Shown here piece after piece: positions 50,663-61,684 of a DNA stretch of 64,000 nucleotides (within the stretch, counting starts at the first letter, position 1; each line of letters opens with the position of its first letter). Under the pieces are notes generated by a model. That model was not told where the DNA came from. It saw only the letters and a list, made by a program, of their open reading frames with translations, and did not search any database. Origin of the DNA: Fistulifera solaris (lineage: Eukaryota); NCBI GenBank assembly GCA_030295235.1, contig AP026141.1, positions 620,001 through 684,000 on the forward strand, given 5' to 3'. The translations under genes and the position numbers were made by a program.

Positions 50663-50900
50663 AGTAAGTTTTCCTAGTACTTCCTCCAATGCGAATAAAG
50701 ATAAACCGCAGCATCCAAAAACTGAAAAAAGGCATTCCATTGAACCTACCAGTACTATATTTCTTGTCAAACAGAAACAACGTGCTTCTCTTCTGCTTAC
50801 AAAGGTTTCTTTTCGAATAGCTGGTAATCAGAATATACAACTTGTGATTTATCATTCAGAGAGTTGACGAAGTTACAAACGATCAAAATAAAAGACGACA

Positions 50901-52473
50901 ATGACCATGATGTCTTCTTTCTCTTTCCGTCGCTCCTCCTTTTGCTCTTATCTTGGGTGCTTCTCATCCCTTCACTACAAGTAGAAGCTTTATGGTGGAG
51001 TAACCTTGATAACAAAAATGAATCAAGCGAGGAAGTGCAGCAATTCGATCAACCATCGAGTGTCAAAGCACAGCGAACAAATCACAACAATAACCCTTCA
51101 CTCGCATTCGAATACGGTGTCGATGTTAGTTTCCCCATGCATCATGCTCCCGTGAGTACCAATTATGCATGGCTTCCGCACAATCAACAACCGAATGCCG
51201 AAATTCCGGACGAATACAAAGACATGCCGGTACAACCGCTCGGTGATATGCAAAGTAAATACGAAAACTACATTCAGGGGTGTGTCGATTATTACAATAA
51301 GGACGGCAAGAACAAAGGAGAACGCTGTGTCACGACGGAACGGGATCGATTGGCCATGAGTTTACGGCAACCGCAATCAATGTACAATTACACACAAATG
51401 GGTTACACGAAGATACGGGCGCCCGATCATGTCTTTCGATTACTGAAAGAATTCTGGGAAAAGAACAAGCATCGAGAAACGCTCGAACGATGGGCCGTGG
51501 GGAATGTTTACACGTGAGTAGAAGGATGAAACACTCCATTGTTGTTGAATTGTTGATGATACTCACACGTAACATTATCCCCTTTCTTTACAGCAATCAC
51601 TGGGAATCGCCTTCGTACATGGTCAGCGTCGAAAATGAGGCCCTGGACGGTGGCGGGTATGTTTTGAAACAGCACATTTGGAATGCTGCACGTGATACCA
51701 TTGAAGAATGGACGGGCTACAAACAAGCGGAATGTTCGTTGTACGGAATTCGTGTGTACAAAGAAGGTGCAATGTTGGCTCCGCACGTCGATCGATTGCC
51801 CTTGGTGAGTTCGGCCATCATCAATGTAGATCAAGATGTGGATGAACCATGGCCGCTGGAAGTGATCGGACATGATGGTATTGCTCGAAATGTGACCATG
51901 GAACCCGGAGACTTGGTTTTGTACGAATCGCATTCTATTTTGCACGGTCGCCCATTCCCATTGAAAGGACGTTTCATGGCCAACGTCTTTATTCATTTCG
52001 AACCCACTCAAAAAATTGGGGGAGAAAGTGAGTATACGGGCGATTTGCCACCCTATCTCATTCCGGGTAGTCCTGAAGAAGCGCGATGGCGCTCCAGTAA
52101 TCCCCACGGTCACAAATTATTGAATCAACAGCAACCAGGTACCACCGGATCCACAACAGCGCACATGCTGGCCGCTCGCGGTCAGTACGAAGACCTTCGC
52201 CAGTTTCTTAATGAAAACCCCGATTCCGTCAACGCTCGTGACAAAAATGATTGGATGCCTTTGCATGAAGGTATTCGAAAAGGGGATCTTGACTGCGTTG
52301 AATTGTTGTTGGATCGAGGTGCCGAAGTGAATGCCGTGACACCGCATGGATCGCCCTTGTACATGGCCCAGACGTTCCATGCTGGGAACAAAGCATTACA
52401 ACAATTATTGGAATCGCGGGGTGCCAAGCTGCATCCGCCTCCTTCGAAAGGAGCGAGCGAGGGTGAATTGTAA
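50901..52473 (+). CDS. Secretory 2OG-Fe(II) oxygenase (prolyl-4-hydroxylase-like) with C-terminal ankyrin repeats
   Basis: Signal-like N-terminus (one indel ~50940); intron 51514-51593; YGIRVY, PHVDR (HxD), PGDLVLYESH...HGRP, NVFIHF; ankyrin NARDKNDWMPLHE; ends in xEL (EGEL), possible ER retention. Confidence 0.82.
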
Positions 52474-52594
52474 CTTGACCACAAATTGTTATCGACCGAC
52501 TATCAATCACAACATAATAATAAATTCTAGAATATCTTTACTCTTTCTTTACCTTTTTTCTAGCTATTGATTACAAAGATTCCTCCCACCGTAC

Positions 52595-54389
52595 TCAAAA
52601 GAACGTTGCTTTCCACAACAAAGGGGAAAGCGCTGATGACGACTCAATACCACTCACACTGCTGTTGTTGAGATTGGGTTCCAAAGTTGTCTGATTTGTT
52701 TTCACAGGGGCGAGGACAGGAGACCTAGTGGGGGCGCCTACAGGGGTAGCCGTGGGTGCTTCCGTTCGTCGAATGAACGACGGCGATGGTGATGATTCCT
52801 CAGGAATCGCCGTTGGCTCATCCGACGCAACCGCAATGGAGGGTTCGTCAGTAGTAGCAACAGTCGGTTCTAGGGTAGTCGGCTCCGGGGTATTCGGTGG
52901 CAGGGTGGTTGGCGCAATTGTCGTTGGCTCCAAGGTGGTCGGCGCGAACGTGGTCTCCACAGAAGTAGGTGCCGGTGATAAATCAATGGTAGGAGAAGCC
53001 GTCGGCTGGGGTGGCTCTGTCGGTGCCGGAGACGGTCCTATACCCGTGATACGTACTTGCATTTCCATACCCGACGGCGACATAATTTCAATAGTGATCC
53101 CCGTTGGGGAGATGATACCCCTTGATAACTGTCGGTATTTGGATAATTGGCTCCTGTTCCTGGCCGTAATACCATTCCCTGTGTCCAAAGATCCGTAGCA
53201 TCGCCATTATTGTTCCCCTTTTCCAGATCGTACAATCCATCCGCCGGCAAGAGTGCAACACGGTAGTGATTACCATTGATTGGCCAGCCTTCTTGCCCAG
53301 GGTAACCAGGCGTCTCCTGTAAGAATTTGGTATCATCAATGTGATAAATGAGAATACCACCGTCACCGAACATCATTTCATCGTAATCGAGCGGCTGTCG
53401 GTTTTCCAACAATAGATACTCGCGTGAGGGAAACCCTTTGGCAATCATTAGTGCATCCGGATAGAGATTCGATGGTCGTAATGTGTAAGTCCCATCGCCG
53501 GTCACTTCTTTGGGTTTATGCCATCCCGTCAATGCGCGCGACCAGGGACTCATACTACCAGGATACATGGTATCACCCACCGGGCCAAAGGAGCTTGCCA
53601 TGATATCCCAGCCACCCAAACCGCCCAAGAAACCGTTGCGCGAGTCATATAAATCGACCGTCTCGAAGGTATGTAAGAATTCATGTGCCGGTACGGCCAG
53701 TTGCACCATCGCGACAAATCACAGACACCATCGTAGGCACTGGCAATGGCGTACCCATTTAACGTGACAATGTCATTCGTCCAGGCACCAAAAGGACTTG
53801 ACCAATACGCTTGCGATCGCACCCGATCTTCTCGTGAAGGTTCTCCACACGAACTGCCATCTCCGCCTTCCGACGGATATCCCGAGTGGAAGACGAGCAA
53901 GGCATCTAATTCACTATCTTGATCGTCATCGTACCGAGACCAGTCGACGGTGGGATCTTGTGACATTTGATCGAGAATGGGCGTAAAGAATTTCGAAGAG
54001 TCGAGTGCATTGAAAAAGCCCCGTTCTCCTGCCGCAAATTCCGTTTCACTGATCGTCGTGGTCGTCCAGGGCGTCACATCACACCCGGTAATGTTGTATT
54101 GTCCGTACGATTGCAATTTCATGTATTCGGCCATTTGTTCTTGACACAATTTTTCAAAATGCTCACGAGGAGGCAACGTGCGTGTCGCGTGGTTGGTGAA
54201 GCGCACTAACAACACGAGGACGCGGGCGTTTCCGAACGTCTTGTTGCGAAGTTTTCGTCTTTGTTGTGAGAAGGAATTCTCGTGTTGTTGTTGTTGAGCT
54301 AGAGAGGATCCATCCGTCCAGCAACAACAACATAATTGCCAGAATAAAAGGAACAAAAGCCGATTGTTATGATTGTTGAGTGCTCTCAT
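52595..54389 (-). CDS. Secreted M6-family (immune inhibitor A-like) metalloprotease with Pro/Thr-rich stalk
   Basis: Signal peptide; VLVLLVRF, YDDDQDSELD..FHSGY, AHEFLHTF..DLYD, WDIMAS, EYLLLENRQ, GILIYHIDD; PT-rich tail. Indels ~53715 and ~53115. Confidence 0.85.
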
Positions 54390-55259
54390 ATTGGTTTATA
54401 ATTGTGATGAAGCGTGGGCTGTAAAGTTCACACTCTAGAGTGATGGCTCTCGCAAAGAAGAAATGATTTGTTTTTGCTCTTTTTCACTTTCTCTCGATTG
54501 ATGTTTTAGAGGCAAAAAGAACTCGTGTCGACGAATGATTTGTCGGTTTAATTTTCGTTTTCTCTCTTTCAATAAGCAGTTGTTTCAAGTCGATATTCAA
54601 TCTCACTCAACAATGACTTTAGCTTCATACATGTATATATGCAAATAAACAAGGCAAGCAATGGAATGATTGTGCCGATTGGATTGCTTGCGAGCTATAG
54701 CAGTCTTGTCAAAGGCGCGTCGAAGGCTTGTTGGATGGATCGATGATCGGTTGCATTTTTTTCATTCGGTGGACGAAGAACCCCAGCCGGCATATAAATC
54801 GCAAGACTACTGTATTGTGTTCTGTACATCACCCGGCACTCGTACATAGACAGAAAAATACCGCGCCGATGTACGACTCCGACGGCGCGCCAGGCTTGAG
54901 CCAATGATTGTCTCACTTGCTGTAGCAAAGTTGCTGTTGGAGCCAGAATGGAAGCCGGTTCCGCGTTTTCTCCTATGTAGCGTAGGCCAATTTGAGTCGT
55001 ACTTGTTACCGTAGGTGGGATTACTGTGACGTCATCGAGAAGCGGAGTATAGAATTGCACTGTAGACGGAAAATAAAAGCTCGTGGCACGTGGAACACGG
55101 CAAAATCACAATGCGCGGAAGTCACAAAAACGAAACCTTTATTTATCCCGGATCCTGTCCAGGATTACTACCACTACAAGACACATTCATTCGATTCAAA
55201 ATCAATTCTCTAGAGTAGCTAACTACAGCGAACATGCCGTAGCTACAGCTGTTACCTGG

Positions 55260-57143
55260 CTAAAGCTCTTCGGCTATTGCGTCCATCCCTCCCGACGAAA
55301 AATTCAATTTGACAACGACATACAACACAAACAAGATAACACAAGACATCCCCAGCAACCATTGCTCCAGGGTAATGCTCTCTTCTACGGCATTGTCAAA
55401 TCCGCGGGCCCGTACGTGGTCTGGGTCGTTGCTGTCAAACACCGAGACTATAACTTCACCATGTTCTGTCAATTTCATCCCCACTTCAACTTGTCTTTGT
55501 ACAGGTGTCGTTTGATCAGCCTTTATGCGCCGCAACAAGAAAGAAAACTCATTCAATACAACAAACAACTCTTCTTCCGGTACGTATTCTACCGCCAAGA
55601 CAGTGACACCGGCCTGTTGAGCTTTGGCTACATCAAATAACATACTACCCATGGCCGGTAAAGGACTGTCGCGGGGAATCAATTCACAAAAGACGTGTTG
55701 GTTCGGATCAAAGGCAATGATTTGTTGAGGACTCCCTCGTAAAACAATATCCGCATTCATACTTTGCAATACACCCAAAGGATACGGAGTCGTATCTAAC
55801 ATGAGGGCACTTTCCAACGCGTGCGGGGGAATTTTCCGGGACAGCCACGCGGCTTGAATGGCACATCCTTGTGCGACGGCACTGACCGGATGGACTGCTG
55901 TACTTAATTCGTCAATATGTGGAAAGGCGTCGCGTAGCATGCGGCGTAGGGCGGGGACGCGGGTGGCACCGCCAATCAGCACCACTTCATGGATGGGGGC
56001 ATCCGATGAAAGCGCTTGATCCAACACAGACCGGGCACGGTGCAACAACGGTGCAATGCACGAATCCAACTCTGCTCGAGTTAAAGACATGGATGATCCT
56101 TGCCATTGGATGGTCGTGCTTTCATTTCCGGTCAATGCTTCTTTGGCTTGTTGACAAGCACGGAGGAAAGGTCGTTTTTGTATGGGATCTTCATCTGTAA
56201 ATTCCGTTTGATCTCTTTGCACTAAATACCGGAGGATAGCTTCGTCCATATCATCTCCTCCCAATTGTCCATCTCCTCGTGTGGTTTCGACCTGAAATCG
56301 CGAACTGGGATCATCACGATAAGTAGATTCTCTAGTGTCTCTACGATGCGGAGGATGAAGTAAAGCCACAGTAATATCGGTTGTTCCGCCTCCCATGTCA
56401 AAAACCAATATTCGTGTCCCGCCGCGCTCTTCTGCAAGATCCTGGGTCTTCACGGCGCGCTTTCCCACAAACAATCCGTACGCCATTGCTGCTGCTGTGC
56501 TTTCCGTCACGGTCGAAACATGTCCCGTAAATCCGGCCCGCTTCGCAGCTTCCATCATGCCGTGTCGTTGCAACGATGTATACCGAGCAGGGACTCCCAA
56601 CACTACATTTCGACACGATCCGTTTCCGGGTGTTTGCAAGTGCTTCTTGGAAGCGTGTAATCGGATGTAGTCATCGGCTTCCAAACGAAGTCGTTGCAGT
56701 ACGAGCGCAACCGCATCGATCCACTTCAAAGTGCAATAGTCGTCGCTATAAGCTCCTTGTGGATCTTGTGCGAAATTTCGCTTCAAATTGGGAATGAAGC
56801 AATAGTCGCTGCTATTATCATGCCTGTTGTTGCCTGCTTCGTGCAATCGCTTCCATGCTGGGTATCCGATGATGCATTTCTCTTTTAAATCGTCGCAAAA
56901 TCGTTCTGTATCTTCGCTTTTCGTTACATTTTTCCGCACACCGAGCTGTGTCGGAACGATGCGTCCCTGTTTCCTTCTTTCGGGGATCGCCGAAGCCAGA
57001 CGCATCCATTTGGGGCCTCCGCGCGTTGCGTCGTAGACTGCAACACTGCAATGCGTCGTACCGAAATCAATACCAATCCAAATACTGTCGTCGTCGTGTT
57101 GAAATGAAGTTGTAAGTTTTGCGGTAGGAATGTTGATTGTCAT
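55260..57143 (-). CDS. Atypical Hsp70-family protein with C-terminal transmembrane segment
   Basis: IGIDFGTTHCSV, VTESTAAAMAYG, VFDMGGGTTD, LGGDDMD, VVLIGGATRVP, AVAQGCA; tail WLLGMSCVILFVLYVVVKL. Confidence 0.88.
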   Translation of the reverse strand: MTINIPTAKLTTSFQHDDDSIWIGIDFGTTHCSVAVYDATRGGPKWMRLASAIPERRKQGRIVPTQLGVRKNVTKSEDTERFCDDLKEKCIIGYPAWKRLHEAGNNRHDNSSDYCFIPNLKRNFAQDPQGAYSDDYCTLKWIDAVALVLQRLRLEADDYIRLHASKKHLQTPGNGSCRNVVLGVPARYTSLQRHGMMEAAKRAGFTGHVSTVTESTAAAMAYGLFVGKRAVKTQDLAEERGGTRILVFDMGGGTTDITVALLHPPHRRDTRESTYRDDPSSRFQVETTRGDGQLGGDDMDEAILRYLVQRDQTEFTDEDPIQKRPFLRACQQAKEALTGNESTTIQWQGSSMSLTRAELDSCIAPLLHRARSVLDQALSSDAPIHEVVLIGGATRVPALRRMLRDAFPHIDELSTAVHPVSAVAQGCAIQAAWLSRKIPPHALESALMLDTTPYPLGVLQSMNADIVLRGSPQQIIAFDPNQHVFCELIPRDSPLPAMGSMLFDVAKAQQAGVTVLAVEYVPEEELFVVLNEFSFLLRRIKADQTTPVQRQVEVGMKLTEHGEVIVSVFDSNDPDHVRARGFDNAVEESITLEQWLLGMSCVILFVLYVVVKLNFSSGGMDAIAEEL

Positions 57144-58256
57144 GATTATTGTTGAAACGTAGATGGTCAATAAAAAAAAGAAAGATGGGCAGAAATTACA
57201 GAGGGAAGAAGTAGTGAAGTTTCGGCGGTAAGATGGACCGTTACATGCGTGATAGTGCGTTTTTAATTGTCAAAAATAAGAGTTAATGAATCAAAGATGC
57301 TTCAGCTCGAGGCAATCAAATGCAATTGCCAGGATATACCTGGTACTTGTACTACGTTATCAGTCGTTCGTAAAGTAAAATTAATCGTTATTACACCGTC
57401 GTCACCATCGTCGTTTATTAGTCGCTTGTTGCGTGTAAATCAGACCGTATAAGGTTACAAGTTTTACACCTGTGAGTCTACACGTCATAAAGGCTTTTCG
57501 ACGTAAGAAATAATCAAGTCACTTTGCGCATATGCTGTAAATGGTCAATGCAGATAGCAGATATCAGATAGCAGCTAAAGAAAACGATCGGAGGTTTAGG
57601 GTGTTGTGGTCTTGGTCGCCGAAATCATTATTCATGACTCATGACGGAAAGGTAGTCGTGGAAAAGTTGAGACTACACTTTGGGCTGATAGTCAATACGA
57701 AATGCAACGATGATTTTTACTTCGCAAGGATTATCGACGTAAACATCAAGGCATGTATTGCAATTATTCTAGAGAGTAGTGACATCGAGTTAGAAACAAA
57801 TGTAGATATCCGCAATGGAATAACGGTTGGAGGTTTTGGTTACAGTCTGGCTCGATAAAATCTTGGTTCATGACTGAAATGCAGTCTTGATGAAAGGTCG
57901 TCGACACGGTGGATCTATATATACCAAAGTAAACACAAAAATGCATCGGTCCGAAAGGTTTTCGACGTCCATCAAAGAAGCCAATTTTTGAAACATTTTG
58001 CTATTCTTTCGAAACAGGACTATTTCGGAAGTAAAGTGCTTGTCTTTGGATGTGGGTCCAGGCTTTCTTCTAATTTTGATGAAAACGTTTTTTATGATTT
58101 TTCAGTTTTCTGATTAGGTCTGATGCATCGGTGAAAATGCGCCAAGAAAAGAATTCAGTGAATGCTATATTACGTCTTCTAAAATGAGGCAAAAGGAATT
58201 AAATGATCATTTTGTTTCTTGAATGAATAATTGTATAATCAAAATCTTCATCAAGT

Positions 58257-58711
58257 TCAGAGCACAGTAGTCATAGGAGGTATCGCGTCGATCCAGTATT
58301 GCATTTGAAAGTGCTCGAGTGTATCAATGACCATAGTCCCATCAGGCATGACAACGTAGCCGTATCCGAAAGCATTCAGCAGAGCACCCGAAACCGCCAC
58401 CACGGCGAGTAGAACGAACCCAAACAAGGACGAGTCCGCCAAGAAGAAGGATATCGCCATTTTTCGCTGATATGCTTTCTCGTGACTAACTTTTTGTTCT
58501 CGCTTGTATTGATTAAGTCATTCTTCTTTGTAGACGGCATGGCTTCTTCGATTGCGGTCGGTTGTTTCACGAAGCACTTCGTGGGTGGACCCATTTTGGC
58601 AGAACGCAGCGGTGGTGAAATAATGTGAAAGCTTTGAATCACCGTGGGCAAGCCGAGCACTGCTACCAGCGCCCATACTTTCAGAAAACGATGAAGAGGA
58701 TAGAGAGGCAT
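58257..58711 (-). CDS. Small hypothetical membrane protein, probable plastid presequence
   Basis: ORFs 58376-58711 (signal + QSFHII) and 58257-58460 (TM + LNAFGYGYV) join by one indel in a T run at ~58463. Confidence 0.5.
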
Positions 58712-59242
58712 GTTTTGAAAAGGGATCGAAGGATATCACTGTGAGAAGAATGACAAAAGAGGCAAAAGAATACTCGTATAATTCTTCTGTTTGACATTCT
58801 TTTTCTCCGCAGTTGTTCTGCCTTCCGTCTTGACACCGTGCAAAGATCCATGATCCAAATTATTATTCGTTCGGTATAGACAGAATTCATACTGTTTGTC
58901 CTATGATGCGCAGCACTATTTATTTTACTCCGTACTATGCTAATCGCACTACTTTTCCTTCAACCGGTATTCAACATTGAAGGAGGAAAAGGAGGACGAA
59001 AACGTCCACAAAAAATCCTTCAAAAACGGCTCGCGTCGAAATCAACACCGGAGGCCGTGCAGTGTGCTATAAAACGCTGTCAATAAGGAAAATCGTGCAA
59101 TAGACGATGATTATGAAGACTATCATAATCACTCCAGCTGAACATGCAATCACTCACTACTGGATATGTAAACCTTTGTTACATCGTCACGGAAGCGCGC
59201 CAATTCAGTGAAAGCGTGATGGCATCACTCTCGCCTTGAAGA

Positions 59243-60963
59243 TCAGCATCCACCACAATCTCCTCACCCGCAGCCGCAGCCACCTCCCCCGCAAGCACAG
59301 CCCCCACCGGTTCCACTAAAAACATATACCCCGCCATATTTCACGTGAGCAGGCGTACGAGTTTTCTTGATATAACTGCAATTGTTTTCAACCTACGTGA
59401 GTCAACTTATTTATCAAAGGACACGCGCCACCAACAAATTTACATTAATCTTACCCTGAACAATCTGCTGCATCACAGACTTCACCAAGTGAATAACCCC
59501 CGGTCGACTTGGTGTCATCCAGAACACAATCCAATGGGAAAGGCTTTGATTTTCTTACAGTTGCTGGATCGCCGACACAAAGTCTTTTGTAAGGCCCGCT
59601 GGCATTGTACTGTACCCAAGCGAAGTTTTGACAGGCACGCAACTTTTGCAAGGCTTCTACAAGTCGAGCGCGTTCGGTTGTCTCAACAGCAGTCGGCTTT
59701 CGAAAACACGAACAGCAGTTGCGCACATCGTGTTCGTGCAATTTGCGTTCTGCCATGCGAGCATTCACTTTCAATTTCCGCAACAGAATCTGGTAGGCTT
59801 CTAAAGTACAGAGCGAGTAGTACCCCTCACCGAGCGACGTTTTCCCAAACACGTATCCATTTTTCTTTAAGTGCACACCACTTCGAGTCACAGCAATAAA
59901 TGCTCTCGCCATTTCACCGGGGACCTGCCCGAATCGGGGGTTGACCCAAGGTTGGTCCCTTAAAACATCTAAAGGACGCGGCGTCTGGATATCATCGACA
60001 GATGAAGCCCTGGAAATTGGTTTAGACGCATCGATGAGCAACGTTTCGGTTGATAAATCCTCGTTTGGATCCGGAAAAGTGAAATTTAAGCAATAGTACT
60101 CCGCGGGTGGTTCTCCGTGATACAAAGCGACATCGTTTGAGTTGATGTACGGCTCCTTATATGATTGTTGCCAAGCTTCGCTGGTTTGATGAAAAGCCAT
60201 CTCTAAGTTACTTCCAGAAGATCGGTCATTTAGGGAATCGTCATGATTCAGAAAGGATCCTCGAATACGAATGCAGTCAGCTTCATATTTCGCAATCGAG
60301 TACAAAATGTGAGTGTGCCACATTAGATCAATGTCGTAGGTCGGGACAATCATGCAGTCACTGCCACGTTCGCGATGAAACGATTTTGATAACAGGAGAA
60401 ACTTTTGATAGCGTTCGATTGCGTGTTGTAAGAAAGTATCATGCTTGAATTTTTTGTCCGAGACTTGCCACAAAAATTTCTTTTGTTCGTTGACGGATGC
60501 TATGAGATAAAAACCATCCATATCGCAAACTGATTCGGTGATCGGCATATCAGTTAATGCATCTTCTAGGGGCAGAAAGAATGGCTCACCGGGGAAGCGA
60601 AGATCCCATTCGACACGCGTTTCTAGCGCTTTGTTTGTTGTGTCTTCCTTGATTTGAAAGAGAAACGGTGGGCAAGACTCTTCAATCGAATCATCTTGAA
60701 ACTGTTGCAAGAGATACTTCCGGTAAGGACCTGGCGCTAAACGATGACAATGAGAGACCCACGCAACATCAGGGAGGAGGGACAAGCATGCAGGATGCAT
60801 TGCTGCGGTGTATATCAGCGAGCAGCGGCAACCAGCAATTAAGGTAGCGATCGACTGTCAATTGCGTGATCGGTGCCGTCATAACACCCATTCGGTGAAG
60901 CTTCTCGAGAAACTCAACATGCTTTCTTGATTCAATCAGAAGATTGCAGGAAAAGGGCTCCAT
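59243..60963 (-). CDS. Glycine-rich domain protein (GRDP/DUF1399 family), copy 1
   Basis: RYLNCWLPLL, PPPDVAWVSHCHRL, AIERYQKFL, VPTYDIDLMWHTH, NHDDSLNDRS. Intron from ~59454, then a Gly/Cys tail (GGGCACGG...DCGGC*). Frame break at CCC-TGA (60769-60774). Confidence 0.8.
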
Positions 60964-61479
60964 AATTCATTCAATAAGGTGTGGTAGGAAGATTAAATGC
61001 TGAATGAAAGTTTTGCATCGAATGAAAGAAAAATGGCTTATTTTCTGTCCGTGCATTAACGAAAAATAATATGCTGATGGATTTAGTGAGACTTGTGCAT
61101 TTTCATGCAGCTTCCGAGTGTTCAAGCATTCGAATTCCGATGGAAGAAAGATGAGATGGATAAATGCCGAAATTTTCCATTCATAATCTTATCGATCTGT
61201 CTGTGGTAGTATCATCGGGCAAATTTGTACTTTGCCCAGGCATCATGGTTCGAGGACTCGCTCAATCGGTCAAATATAACGATAGAGGTTGCTTTTTCCA
61301 GAACTTGCTCATTCTCTTCCGGTTGTTTTGCTCTTTATTTGTTGGGGGCAGAATCGTTTTCACTTTAGCTTGAAGCTGCACAAGCATGTAGTTCGTGACT
61401 CACGCACGCACGCACGAATGACTGTGCTTTACAAAAATAATGGGAAAACCTCAAAATTTCTTCGTCGCGTGCATGAACA

Positions 61480-61666
61480 ATATAATACTCTGATTCATAA
61501 ACGATCCTCGAATACGTATACAATCCGCTTCATTATCCGCAATCGAATGCAGAATGTTAGTATGCCACATTAGATCAATGTTGTATTTCAAGACGATCAT
61601 GCAGTCACTGAAACGTTCGCGAGGAAACGTTTCTCACAACAAGAAAAAACTTTCTATAGCGTGTGA
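61480..61666 (-). pseudogene. Degenerate fragment of the DUF1399 domain (third partial copy)
   Basis: GATCCTCGAATACG...TGCCACATTAGATCAATGT...ATCATGCAGTCACTG...CGTTCGCGA aligns with ~60240-60415 and ~62710-62880, with substitutions and indels. Confidence 0.8.
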
Positions 61667-61684
61667 TGGTGTTACTGGTTAGGA

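Noticed and set aside
54695..55060. 121-aa minus-strand ORF between the M6 protease and Hsp70-like genes
   Set aside because: No ATG start or recognisable domain; cannot be supported without transcripts.
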